This document shows, piece by piece, positions 20,022 through 31,791 of a DNA stretch of 32,000 nt. How positions within the stretch are numbered: the first letter of the stretch is position 1; each line of letters opens with the position of its first letter. Source of the stretch: Mycolicibacterium smegmatis (GTDB lineage Bacteria; Actinomycetota; Actinomycetes; Mycobacteriales; Mycobacteriaceae); the NCBI RefSeq assembly GCF_001457595.1, contig NZ_LN831039.1, positions 1,560,001-1,592,000 of the forward strand. The letters run 5' to 3'. Under the pieces are notes generated by a model that saw only the letters and a list, made by a program, of their open reading frames with translations, did not search any database and had not been told where the DNA came from. A program made the translations under genes and the position numbers.

Positions 20022-20939
20022 GTGGACGCCGATGTGACCGAACCGATTCCGTCGGTGGCCGATTCAACCCCAGGGCGCGTCGAGCTGATCCGCAGTCAAC
20101 TCACTCCTTCGCGCATCCTCGCCGGTATCTCGACGACGGTCGCCGTGGTCGCGGTCGCAGCGCTGGTCACCGTGACCACACAGCAGGCGGATACCGCCCC
20201 GCTCGAGGACACGGTTGCCGCGTCGCCGTCCACACCGGCCCCGGCCGCGCCGACGACTCCGGCTCCCGCACAACCGATCGCGGCCCGCTCGCTGGCGCCC
20301 GAGGTGCTCATGCCGGCGTCGCCGTCGACGGCGCCCACACCGGCCGCGGCACCTCCTGCCGATCTCAGCGGCGGACTGGGCGACATCTTCACGGCGCCCG
20401 CCAGATCGGCCGCACCGGCACGCCAGCCGGCGGTTCCGCGACCGGCGCCGGCCGCGTCAGGTCCGGCGTCGGCGACCAATCCCGCCTGGCCGGCGCTCGA
20501 CCTCGGACAGGTCAACTCGCAGTGGCAGCAGGCCGTCGCGGTCGCCAACGCCCAGCCCGCTGTCAACGCGGTGGTCGGCACCGTGACGGGCACGACCGGG
20601 TGGGTCGGCAACGGAGCGATGAACATCCTGGGGGAACTTCTCGTCGCGTGGGTGAACCAGAACGGACAGATTCCCGGCCAGAACCCCGCGGTGCCTCCCG
20701 CGGACGGGCTCGCGGCGTTGCTGCTGGGGCCGACGGCTGCGGCAGGCGCGGGCCTGCCCACGGTGGACTGGTCTATGGTTCCGCCACCGGCGCTGTCGCC
20801 GATCGACTGGACCAAGATTCCGCCGCCCCAGCTGCCGCCGATCGACTGGACCAAGATTCCGCCGCCTCAGATCCCGCAGTTCCAGGACCCGTTCGCCCAG
20901 CTTCCGAGCATCACCCGGGCCATCGGGCTCCCGTTCTGA
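20022..20939 (+). CDS. Ala/Pro-rich exported or membrane-anchored protein with C-terminal 13-aa repeats
   Basis: GTG start; N-terminal hydrophobic anchor ILAGISTTVAVVAVAALVTV, Pro/Ala-rich linker, then repeats TVDWSMVPPPALS / PIDWTKIPPPQLP / PIDWTKIPPPQIP. The overlapping 20018..20989 frame lacks protein-like composition. Confidence 0.78.
   Translation: MDADVTEPIPSVADSTPGRVELIRSQLTPSRILAGISTTVAVVAVAALVTVTTQQADTAPLEDTVAASPSTPAPAAPTTPAPAQPIAARSLAPEVLMPASPSTAPTPAAAPPADLSGGLGDIFTAPARSAAPARQPAVPRPAPAASGPASATNPAWPALDLGQVNSQWQQAVAVANAQPAVNAVVGTVTGTTGWVGNGAMNILGELLVAWVNQNGQIPGQNPAVPPADGLAALLLGPTAAAGAGLPTVDWSMVPPPALSPIDWTKIPPPQLPPIDWTKIPPPQIPQFQDPFAQLPSITRAIGLPF
20760..20876 (+). repeat. Three 39-bp tandem in-frame repeats (last two nearly identical)
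   Basis: Units at 20760-20798, 20799-20837, 20838-20876 encode TVDWSMVPPPALS, PIDWTKIPPPQLP, PIDWTKIPPPQIP. 'GATCGACTGGACCAAGATTCCGCCGCC' occurs twice. Confidence 0.85.
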
Positions 20940-21016
20940 CCGTCGCGCGTGTAACACATGGGGCCGCTGAGGCGACGTCTTTGGCGTAGGTCTGTTACAC
21001 GGGTTGGGGGAAACGA

Positions 21017-21946
21017 ATGCTGCGACGGATGTGGGCACTGGCCGCCTCGGCCGTGCTGGGGAGCACGGTGATCGGACTGGCCGGGCCTGCCTCGGCCGCT
21101 CCGGACTGCCCTGACCTGCACTGGATCGGCGTCGCGGGCTCAGGTGAGCGCGACAATCCCACTCTCAACGGCGGCATGGGCCGCGTGGTCTACCGCTCCC
21201 TGCAGGACATCTCGCGGCTCGTGGCCCAGGACGGCCGGACCATGACCGCAGAACCCGTCGTCTACCCCGCGGTCGAGGTGCCCGCCGACGGTGATCTGCT
21301 CGGCTGGGGCGGGTTCATGAGCAGTGTCGACACCGGTGTCGCGGCGCTGGCGAACCAGTACACCGCGTTCACGCAGCGCTGCCCGCAGAGCAAGGTGGTC
21401 CTGGCCGGCTACTCGCAGGGCGCGATGGTCGTGCACCGCAACCTGCACGCACTTGCGACGAGCCCCAACCTGGCGGCTGCGCTGCTGGTCGCCGACGGCG
21501 ACCGGCTGCCCACCGACCCCACGATCAACCTCGGCACCGCGACCATGGTGCCGGGCGCCGGAAAGGGTGTGGCACAGGACTGGCCGATCCTGGCCCACGC
21601 GCCGGCGCCGCTGCCGCCGACCGTCGGCAGCCGCACGATCAGCGTGTGCGATCGCGGGGATGCCGTGTGTGACTACGACCCCGACGCCGACGAGGTCACC
21701 GCGGCCGCGATCGCCGTGCACACCAGCTACGCCCGCAGCGCCTCACAGCCGTGGACCTGGCCGCTGTATCAGCTGCTGATGCCGACGGTGACCAACCCGG
21801 CGGTGCCCAACCCGACGGTGCCCATCCCGACGGGGCCGGTGCCCGGACCGCAGGCGCCGACGCTGCAGGCATCACCGCAGAACCCGCTGACCGGCACCGA
21901 AACCTCTGTTCAGCCCGCCGAAGAGCCCGCTCCGACGTTAGGCTGA
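21017..21946 (+). CDS. Cutinase-family secreted serine esterase with Pro-rich C-terminus
   Basis: Signal peptide MLRRMWALAASAVLGSTVIGLAGPASA; GYSQGAMV nucleophile motif; CDRGDAVCDYDPD...HTSYA typical of cutinases. Confidence 0.88.
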   Translation: MLRRMWALAASAVLGSTVIGLAGPASAAPDCPDLHWIGVAGSGERDNPTLNGGMGRVVYRSLQDISRLVAQDGRTMTAEPVVYPAVEVPADGDLLGWGGFMSSVDTGVAALANQYTAFTQRCPQSKVVLAGYSQGAMVVHRNLHALATSPNLAAALLVADGDRLPTDPTINLGTATMVPGAGKGVAQDWPILAHAPAPLPPTVGSRTISVCDRGDAVCDYDPDADEVTAAAIAVHTSYARSASQPWTWPLYQLLMPTVTNPAVPNPTVPIPTGPVPGPQAPTLQASPQNPLTGTETSVQPAEEPAPTLG

Positions 21947-21977
21947 TCTATCTCGTCCAGGCCGAGAGGAGCAGAGG

Positions 21978-22832
21978 ATGTCGACCCTGTGGCGTTATCT
22001 CCGCATCCAGGCCTTCGTTCTGCTCTGCGGCATCGTGGGGCCGATCTTCCTGGTGATCTACTTCGGCAGCGGCGGCAGCCCGTTGATCAAGTGGATGTTC
22101 TGGACAGGTCTGCTCATCACGGCCCTCGACGTGCTGATCGCCCTGGCGATCACGGCCATGGGCACCCGGTCGGCCGCCAAGCACCAGGATCTCGAACAGA
22201 ACGGGGTGATCGCACTCGCGCAGGTGGTCGGCATCCATGAGACCAACACGCGGATCAACGAGCGGCCACTGGTGAAGCTCGACCTGCAGATCTCCGGGCC
22301 GGGGATCGCGCCGTTCGCGAGCCAGGACCGCGTGCTGGCATCGGTGGCGCGGCTCCCGATGATCACCAACCGCAAGCTCGTGGCCGTCGTCGACCCCACC
22401 ACACACGAGTACCGGATCGATTGGGACAGAAGCAGTTTGGTCAGCGGTCTGATGCCTGCCACGTTCACCATCGCCGAGGACAACACCACCTACGACCTCA
22501 CCGGGCAGACCGAACCCCTGCTGGAGATCCTGCAGATCCTCAAGGCGCACAACATCGGTATGAACAACATGATCGATCTGCGCGCCAACCCAGTTGCCCG
22601 CGAACAGGTTCAGAGAGTGGTCCGCCGTGCAGCCGCGCAACGCAACGCACCGCAGGGCGTGCCACAGCCGGCCGGCCAGCCGACGCCGCAACCCGCTGCG
22701 GCGGCGCCGTACGCGGCACCGTCGATGTCGACCGCGCAGCGGCTGCAGGAGCTCGAAACCCTGCGTGCCACCGGCGCAATCAGCGAGGCCGAGTACACGG
22801 CCAAACGTCAGCAGATAATTGCTGATCTGTAA
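21978..22832 (+). CDS. Membrane protein with C-terminal SHOCT-like domain
   Basis: Two N-terminal TM helices; C-term TAQRLQELETLRATGAISEAEYTAKRQQIIADL matches SHOCT pattern. Confidence 0.8.
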   Translation: MSTLWRYLRIQAFVLLCGIVGPIFLVIYFGSGGSPLIKWMFWTGLLITALDVLIALAITAMGTRSAAKHQDLEQNGVIALAQVVGIHETNTRINERPLVKLDLQISGPGIAPFASQDRVLASVARLPMITNRKLVAVVDPTTHEYRIDWDRSSLVSGLMPATFTIAEDNTTYDLTGQTEPLLEILQILKAHNIGMNNMIDLRANPVAREQVQRVVRRAAAQRNAPQGVPQPAGQPTPQPAAAAPYAAPSMSTAQRLQELETLRATGAISEAEYTAKRQQIIADL

Positions 22833-22898
22833 ATACCGGCACCCTACGGTGGTAACGTCCACCGCGTGCGAGCGAGTTCGTCACGGGAACTCTGAGCG

Positions 22899-24382
22899 AT
22901 GTCCGAACCGGTGGTTTCACACGAGGTTCGGTCACCCTCGCTGTCCGACGCGGTCATCCCGCTCGTCGCACTCACCGTCCTGATCGGCGGTTCCGTCGCG
23001 CTTTTCGGGCTCAAAGCGCTCGACGGACCGATACAGGTCGCACTGATCCTGGCGTGTGCCGTCGCGGCACTGATCGCGCTGAAGAACGGCAACCCGTGGA
23101 GCGCGGTGCAGGTGGCCGGGCAGGGTGCGCTTGCGTCGATCACCAGCGCGTTGTTCATCCTGCTTGCTGTGGGTGCCCTGATCGGGACGTGGAACCTGTC
23201 CGGAACCATCCCGACGTTGGTGTATTACGGTCTCGGCGTTTTGTCGCCGGGATACTTTTACGTTGCCACAGCGGTGATTTGCGGTGCGGTGGCCATGTCG
23301 ATCGGCAGTTCGTGGACCACCGCGGGCACCATCGGCGTCGGCCTCGTCGGCATCGCCACGATGCTCGGTGTCTCACCGGCGATCACCGCGGGCGCGGTGA
23401 TCTCGGGCGCCTACCTCGGGGACAAGCTCTCACCGTTGTCGGAGACGACGATCCTCACCGCGCAGATGGTGGAAGTCGACCTGTACACCCACATCCGCAG
23501 CCAGGCGTGGACCTCGGTCCCGGCGTTCCTGATCGCGGCGGCAGGCTTCACCGTGCTGGGTGTCGCGGGACCGCCGGTGCGCGATGCGGTGCCGGAAAGC
23601 ATCGAACTCGCCAAACTCGGGGAGATCTTCTGGATCAACCCCGTCAACCTCGTGCCACTGCTGTTTCTGGTGGTGCTGTGGTGCGGAAGGTTCCCGCGTC
23701 ATTGGCGTTGTTGGCCTCGGCACTGGTCGCGGGCGCCCAGGCCGCGGTCTTCCAACGAGACGTCGTCACGGGCTTCGTCACCGAGATCGGGGCCAGCACG
23801 CAAGACGTGATCGGCTCGGTGCAGGCCGTGTGGACGGTGATGGCCAACGGTTTCAGCATCAACAGCGGAATCGGTGACATCGACCGACTGCTGTCGCGCG
23901 GCGGTATGGACAGCATGCTGCTGACGATCTGGCTGATCATCGGGGCCGTGACGTTCGGCGCGCTGCTGGAGAAATTCGGTCTCATCGACCGCTTGGTCCA
24001 GCCCATGATCGCGGCGGCCAAAACCACCGGCCGCCTGTATCTCTCGGTGTTCTGCACCGGATTCGGGCTGAACATCGCAGCCGGTGACCAGTACATAGCG
24101 CTGGTGTTGCCCAGCCGCATCTTCCGCGTCGAGTTCGCCAAGCGCGGGCTGGCCCCGCAAAACCTGTCCCGTCTGGCCGCCGACAGCGGGACGGTGACGT
24201 CGCCGTTGGTGCCGTGGAACTCGTGCGGCGCATTCATGGGGGCGGTTCTCGGTGTTCCGACGCTGTTGTACCTGCCGTTCGCGCTCTTCAACATCGCCAG
24301 TCCCGCGCTGAGTGTGTTCTACGGCTACACCGGCTTCAAAGTCGTTCGTGCGGAACCGGTCACAGAATCCGAGGGGGCATGA
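22899..24382 (+). pseudogene. NhaC-family Na+/H+ antiporter-like gene, interrupted by a frameshift near 23676-23684
   Basis: Frame 22899..~23680 gives an N-terminal transporter (ALILACAVAALIALKNGNPW...VPLLFLVVLWC). The C-terminal half continues in the frame of ORF 23054..24382 (VRKVPASLALLASALVAGAQAAVFQRDVVTGF...GLNIAAGDQYIALVLPSRIF). Total length 1484 nt = 3n+2, consistent with loss of 1 nt. Confidence 0.85.
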
Positions 24383-25824
24383 TGACCACCACCGAATCAC
24401 CTGTCAAGGACACCAAGGTCAGCCTGCCCACGCTGACCGCGATGGTCATCGGCTCGATGATCGGGTCCGGTGTGTTCCTGCTGCCCGGCCGGTTCGGGGC
24501 CGAGTCCGGGGTCGCGGGCGCGCTGATCGCCTGGGCGATCGCCGGTGCAGGCATGTTGATGCTGGCGTTCGTGTTCCAGCGCCTGGCGACGCGGAAACCG
24601 GACCTCGACGCCGGGTTGTTCGCCTACGCGAAAGCGGGCTTCGGCGACTACATGGGGTTCAACTCGGCGTTCGGGTTCTGGGCGTCGGCCTGCGCGGGCA
24701 ACACGTCGTACTGGGTGTTGATCATGGCGACGACGAGCGCGCTGTTCCCCGCCCTAGGAGCCGGGGACACCCTGCTGGCGGTCATCTGCTCGACGATCGG
24801 CGTATGGCTGTTCTTCTACCTGATCCTGCGCGGTGTGAAGCAGGCCGCGGTGATCAACCGCATCGTCACTTGGGCCAAGGTCGTCCCGATCCTGGTGTTC
24901 ATCGTGATCGCGGTCATCGCCTTCAAGGCCGATGTGTTCACCGGCAACTTCTGGGGCGGCGACGGAAACTATTCGTGGGCATCGCTGTTCGAACAGGCCA
25001 AGGGCACCATGCTGATCACGGTGTTCGTGTTCCTCGGCATCGAGGGGGCGAGCGTGTACTCGCGGTTCGCGCGTTAACGCGAGGACGTCGGACGTGCGAC
25101 GGTCATCGGTTTCCTGTCGGTGCTTTCGGTGTTCATGTTGGTGACGCTGGCGTCCTACGGCGTGCTGTCGCAGGACGAATTGGCCGGCATATCGCAACCG
25201 TCGATGGCGTCGGTGCTGGAATCCATTGTGGGTGAGTGGGGTTCGGTGTTCATCCGGCTCGGGGTCATCCTGTCGGTGCTCGGGGCCTACCTGGCGTGGA
25301 CGTTGATGGCGGCCGAGATGTTGTTCATCCCGGCCAAATCCGAGGACATGCCGCGGTTCCTGACCCGCGAGAACCGCAACGGTGCACCGGTTCCCGCACT
25401 GATCATGGCCGGCGGCCTGGTGCAGCTGCTGCTGATCCTGCTGCTGTTCGCCTCCGACGCACTGAATTTCATGCTCGACCTGACCGCCGCGCTGGCTCTG
25501 ATCCCGTATCTTCTTGCCGCGGGGTACGCACTGAAACTCACGGTGACACGGGAAACGTACGACGGTGACCGCTCGCGGGTGCCCGACATGGTCATCGCCG
25601 CAGTCGCGACGTTCTACACGCTGTTCCTGCTGTACGCCGCGGGGTGGGACCACCTGCTGCTGAGTTGCATCCTGTACGCGGGCGGCGCGGTCCTGTATTG
25701 GTTGGCCCGCCGCGAGCGCAACCTGCGGGTGTTCACCCGGGCAGAGGCCGTGCTGTTCGGCCTCATCGTCCTCGGCGCGATCGGAGGGCTCTACGGGCTG
25801 ATCTCCGGCGGAATCCAGATTTGA
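24379..25824 (+). pseudogene. APC-family basic amino acid/polyamine or arginine-ornithine antiporter-like permease, interrupted by in-frame TAA at 25075-25077
   Basis: Continuous frame before and after TAA: ...GIEGASVYSRFAR*REDVGRATVIGFLSVLSVFMLVTLASYGVL.... 1446 nt, divisible by 3; typical APC start SLPTLTAMVIGSMIGSGVFLLPGRF. Confidence 0.85.
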
Positions 25825-25850
25825 AGTCCCACACGATGAAAGGACCTTCC

Positions 25851-28009
<2,159 letters not shown>

Positions 28010-28049
28010 GTTCCCGCCAGAAATCTCTCGCGAGGGATACGGGACCCGG

Positions 28050-28931
28050 TCAGCCCGGTAGGACGAGCACCGGAACAGGGCTGTAGCGCAGGATCTTCGT
28101 ACCGCGTTCGCCGAGGAACACACGCCGGACGGCGCCCGCAGGGGACGTGCCGATGGCCAGGACCTCGCCCTCGATCCACTCGATCGAGTCCAGCGCCTCG
28201 TCCCACGCGCTGCCGCTGGCGACGACGACCTCCACGTCCTCGCCGATGACGCCGTCGGTGGCCAGCCGGCGCAGCGAATCCTGTGCCTGCTCGATCCATT
28301 CCTGCAGGATGAGGTCTTCCTTGCTCAGCCCGACCAGCGGTGGATACATGCTGCGACCACGCACTGCGAACGTCACCACACGCATCGTGACACCCAACCG
28401 CTGTGTGAGGGCCGCGATGCGCTCGACGACGTCGACGGCGTCGCGGGTTCCCGGGTAGGCCACCGTGATCCGTGACAGCCCACCGCTTTTCGGGCGGCGG
28501 TAGCCGCGCGGGCTGACCGCCAACGGAACGGGGCACGAGTGCAGCAACCGGTCGGCCGTCGAACCGACCACCACCTGCCCCAGCTTGCCGTCCGCAGCCG
28601 AGCCCAGCACCAGGGCCTCTGCGTTCAGCGATTCGACCGCTTCCATCAGTCCGTCCGACACCGACCGGTGCGCGAACTTGTGGAAGGTGACCTCGAGTTC
28701 ACTGTCGAGCTCGGAGATCACCTGGCGGGCCTGTTCGGCCGATGTCGACGCCAATTGCGCTGCGTACTGGGCATATTCGGCGTCGATGCGCGCCGGCGAC
28801 GGTGTCATCCACGGACGCGGGACGACGGTCGCGACCGCGAGTGAGGTCTGCAGCGTGTGTGCCGCGCCGACGGCGAGGTGCAGCGGCGACGCACCCGCCT
28901 TGCCGGTCAGATAACCCACCACGACCGTCAT
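28050..28931 (-). CDS. Universal stress protein family, two tandem USP domains
   Basis: MTVVVGYLTGKAGASPLHLAVGAAHTL...LVLGSAADGKLGQVVVGSTADRLLHSCPVPLAV, second domain ending YSPVPVLVLPG. Confidence 0.88.
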   Translation of the reverse strand: MTVVVGYLTGKAGASPLHLAVGAAHTLQTSLAVATVVPRPWMTPSPARIDAEYAQYAAQLASTSAEQARQVISELDSELEVTFHKFAHRSVSDGLMEAVESLNAEALVLGSAADGKLGQVVVGSTADRLLHSCPVPLAVSPRGYRRPKSGGLSRITVAYPGTRDAVDVVERIAALTQRLGVTMRVVTFAVRGRSMYPPLVGLSKEDLILQEWIEQAQDSLRRLATDGVIGEDVEVVVASGSAWDEALDSIEWIEGEVLAIGTSPAGAVRRVFLGERGTKILRYSPVPVLVLPG

Positions 28932-28933
28932 GC

Positions 28934-28978
28934 GCGATCCGCCTTCGCTCCGTGCGCCGTGCGATCCGCCTTCGCTCC
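28934..28978. repeat. Short direct repeat GCGATCCGCCTTCGCTCC x2
   Basis: Copies at 28934-28951 (overlapping bottom-strand USP upstream region) and 28961-28978, 27-bp period. Confidence 0.8.
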
Positions 28979-28989
28979 TCGCTGCGCCG

Positions 28990-30495
28990 TCATGCGCGAT
29001 CCTCCGGATGCCCTGTCATGACATCGTCCTCACCAGCGGCCGCACCTGGGATGTACCCGTCGCCGCCGTCGTTGAGCGCACTGTGGCGTCGGCCCCACAG
29101 CAGGTAGAACAGCAGCACCGCACCGACCCACACGCTGAACCACAACCACGTGACCGCCGGCAGTCCGTACAACACGAACAGACACGCAATGATCGAAAGG
29201 ACCGGCGTCACCGGATAACCCGGCACCTTGAACGAGCGCGGCAGGTCCGGTTCGCGCACCCGCAGAAGCACCACGCCCGCCGACACCACGATGAACGCCA
29301 CCAGGGTTCCGATCGACACCAGATCCCACAGGTAGTCCAGCGGCACGAAGCCCGCGAGTGTGCCAGTCACCAGCGCCACCACGATGGTGTTGTTGATCGG
29401 GGTCATGGTGTGCGAGTTCACCCTTGCGAACATCGACGGCAGCAGACCGTCGCGGCCCATCGCGAACAGGATGCGCGTCTGGCCGTACATCACCACCAGC
29501 GTCACCGAGAAGATCGAGATCACCGCGCCGAACGACAGGATCGTGCTGGCCCACGTCTGGCCGTGCAGGATGTTCGTGAGGATCACCGCCAGCCCGGCCT
29601 CGGACTGTTCCTCGGAACCGAACTCATCGGCCGACTGCGTGCCCAACCCGGCGAACGCCACCAGGATGTAGACCGACGCGACGACCACCAGCGCGCCGAG
29701 GATCGCGCGCGGCATGGTCTTCTGCGGGTTCTTCACTTCGTCGCCTGCCGTGGAGACCGCGTCCAGACCGATGAACGTGAAGAAGATCGAGCCCGCGGCG
29801 GCCGTGATGCCCGCGAAGCCCTTGTCCCAGAACCCGGCGAAGTGGTCGGTGGTGAACGCCGTGAACGCGACCGCGACGAACAACGCGAGCACCGCGAGCT
29901 TGATGATCACCATGATGGTGTTGACCAGCGCGGATTCGCTCGCTCCGCGGATCAGCAGCAATCCGCACATCACGATCAGCAGCGTGGCGGGCAGGTTCAT
30001 GATGCCGGGGTTCTCGCCCCACGGTGCCGACGTGAGCGCCTGCGGTATGCGGAAACCGAACACATCGTCGAGCAACTGGTTGAGGTAGCCGCCCCAGCCG
30101 ATCGAGGTCGCCGACATCGAGACGCCGTACTCCAGGAGCAGGCAGGCCGCCACACCCATTGCCACGAACTCGCCCATCGTGGTGTAGGCGTAGGAGTACG
30201 TCGACCCCGAAACCGGCACGGCCGAGGCCATCTCGGCGTAACACAGCGCCGACAGACCGGCCGCGACACCCGCCAGGACGAACGAGACGAGCACCGCCGG
30301 ACCGGCCTCCGGCACGGCTTCCTGCAGCACCAGGAATATGCCGGTGCCCACGGTCGCGCCGACGCCGAACAGCGTCAGCTGGAAGGTGCCGATACTTCGC
30401 TTGAGATGATCGGACGCACCGTGGGCGACCGGGGCGCCGATGACGGGCCGGCGTCGCATCATCTGACCGGCCATGCTGGTGGGCGGGGCTAACAT
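28990..30495 (-). CDS. APC-superfamily amino acid permease (cationic amino acid transporter type)
   Basis: LKRSIGTFQLTLFGVGATVGTGIFLVLQEAVPEAGPAVLVSFVLAG...; 12-13 TM segments; AGGAGG before ATG at 30495. Confidence 0.93.
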   Translation of the reverse strand: MLAPPTSMAGQMMRRRPVIGAPVAHGASDHLKRSIGTFQLTLFGVGATVGTGIFLVLQEAVPEAGPAVLVSFVLAGVAAGLSALCYAEMASAVPVSGSTYSYAYTTMGEFVAMGVAACLLLEYGVSMSATSIGWGGYLNQLLDDVFGFRIPQALTSAPWGENPGIMNLPATLLIVMCGLLLIRGASESALVNTIMVIIKLAVLALFVAVAFTAFTTDHFAGFWDKGFAGITAAAGSIFFTFIGLDAVSTAGDEVKNPQKTMPRAILGALVVVASVYILVAFAGLGTQSADEFGSEEQSEAGLAVILTNILHGQTWASTILSFGAVISIFSVTLVVMYGQTRILFAMGRDGLLPSMFARVNSHTMTPINNTIVVALVTGTLAGFVPLDYLWDLVSIGTLVAFIVVSAGVVLLRVREPDLPRSFKVPGYPVTPVLSIIACLFVLYGLPAVTWLWFSVWVGAVLLFYLLWGRRHSALNDGGDGYIPGAAAGEDDVMTGHPEDRA

Positions 30496-30522
30496 GGTGC
30501 CTCCTAGGTGCCGATCAAGCGA

Positions 30523-31791
30523 TTATCGGCGCACCTCCGCCAGGGTGTCGGCGAATCGGTCAACCGCCCAATCGATCTCTTCGGACGTGACGACCAGCGG
30601 CGGGGCGAACCGCAGCGTCGAACCGTGTGTGTCCTTGACCAGGACGCCGCGCTCGGCGAGCGCCACGCTGAGTTCCTTGCCGGTGCCGAGCGCCGGATCG
30701 ATGTCCACCCCGGCCCACAGCCCCCGGCCCCGCACCGCGAGCACCCCGCGGCCGATCAGGTCCTGCAGGCGCGCGTGCAGGTGCGCACCGAGTTCGGTTG
30801 AGCGCTGCTGGAACTCACCACGCCTGAGCATGGCCACCACGGTGCTGCCGATCGCCGTGGCCAGCGGGTTGCCGCCGAACGTCGACCCGTGCTCACCGGG
30901 GTGCAACACGCCGAGCACGTCGCGGTCGGCGACCACGGCCGACAGCGGCACCACGCCGCCGCCGAGGGCCTTGCCCAGCAGATAGACGTCGGGCACCACG
31001 CCCCAGTGTTCGCACGCAAAGGTGCGGCCGGTGCGCGCCAGGCCGGACTGGATCTCGTCGGCGATCATCAGCACGTTGCGCTGCGTGCAGATCTCACGCA
31101 CCCGGGGCAGGAAGTCCGGCGGCGGCACGATGATGCCCGCCTCGCCCTGGATCGGTTCGAGGAGCACCGCGACCGTGTTGTCGTCGATGGCATCGGCCAC
31201 CGCGGCGGCGTCACCGAACGGCACGGACCGGAAACCGGGGGTGTACGGGCCGAACCCGCGGCGCGCGGTCTCGTCGTCGGAGAAGCTGATGATCGTGGTG
31301 GTGCGGCCGTGGAAGTTGTTGCGCGCCACCACGATGTTCGACTGGCCTGCTGCGACACCCTTGACGTCGGTGCCCCACTTGCGGGCCACCTTGATGCCGC
31401 TCTCGACGGCCTCGGCGCCGCTGTTCATCGGCAGGATCATGTCCTTGCCGCACAGTGTGGCCAGTGCTTGGGCGAACGGGCCGAGCTGATCGGAGTGGAA
31501 CGCGCGGCTCACCAGGGTCAGCCGGTCGAGCTGCGCGTGCGCGGTCGCGACGATCTCGGGATTGCGGTGCCCGAAGTTCACCGCCGAATAGGCGGCCAGG
31601 CAGTCCAGGTAGCGACGGCCTGTCACGTCGGTGATCCAGACACCCTCGGCGCTCGCCGCCACCACGGGAAGCGGCGAGTAGTTGTGCGCGACGTAGCGGT
31701 CGTCGAGTGCGATGGCCTCAGCGATGGAGGTGGCGGCCGCCCCGGCGTCGTGGGGGTCCAGGCCATGGTTCACGTTGTCCAGGATGGTCAT
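30523..31791 (-). CDS. rocD: Ornithine aminotransferase (class III)
   Basis: YLDCLAAYSAVNFGHRNPEI, MNSGAEAVESGIKVARKWG, VLLEPIQGEAGI, LMIADEIQSGLARTGR, LLGKALGGGVVPLSAV; ATGA overlap with the upstream gene. Confidence 0.95.
   Translation of the reverse strand: MTILDNVNHGLDPHDAGAAATSIAEAIALDDRYVAHNYSPLPVVAASAEGVWITDVTGRRYLDCLAAYSAVNFGHRNPEIVATAHAQLDRLTLVSRAFHSDQLGPFAQALATLCGKDMILPMNSGAEAVESGIKVARKWGTDVKGVAAGQSNIVVARNNFHGRTTTIISFSDDETARRGFGPYTPGFRSVPFGDAAAVADAIDDNTVAVLLEPIQGEAGIIVPPPDFLPRVREICTQRNVLMIADEIQSGLARTGRTFACEHWGVVPDVYLLGKALGGGVVPLSAVVADRDVLGVLHPGEHGSTFGGNPLATAIGSTVVAMLRRGEFQQRSTELGAHLHARLQDLIGRGVLAVRGRGLWAGVDIDPALGTGKELSVALAERGVLVKDTHGSTLRFAPPLVVTSEEIDWAVDRFADTLAEVRR

Noticed and set aside
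20018-20989. 323-aa ORF in the alternative plus frame of the Pro-rich protein
   Set aside because: Arg/Gly/Thr-rich composition without anchor or repeats; the 20022 frame has a TM segment and coherent tandem repeats.
25075-25077. TAA as a recoded sense codon
   Set aside because: Selenocysteine uses TGA and pyrrolysine TAG; no recoding of TAA is known in mycobacteria. Mutation or sequence error is more plausible.
28930-30492. 520-aa plus ORF antisense to the APC permease
   Set aside because: His/Arg/Asp-rich mirror of a 12-13 TM permease; no motifs.
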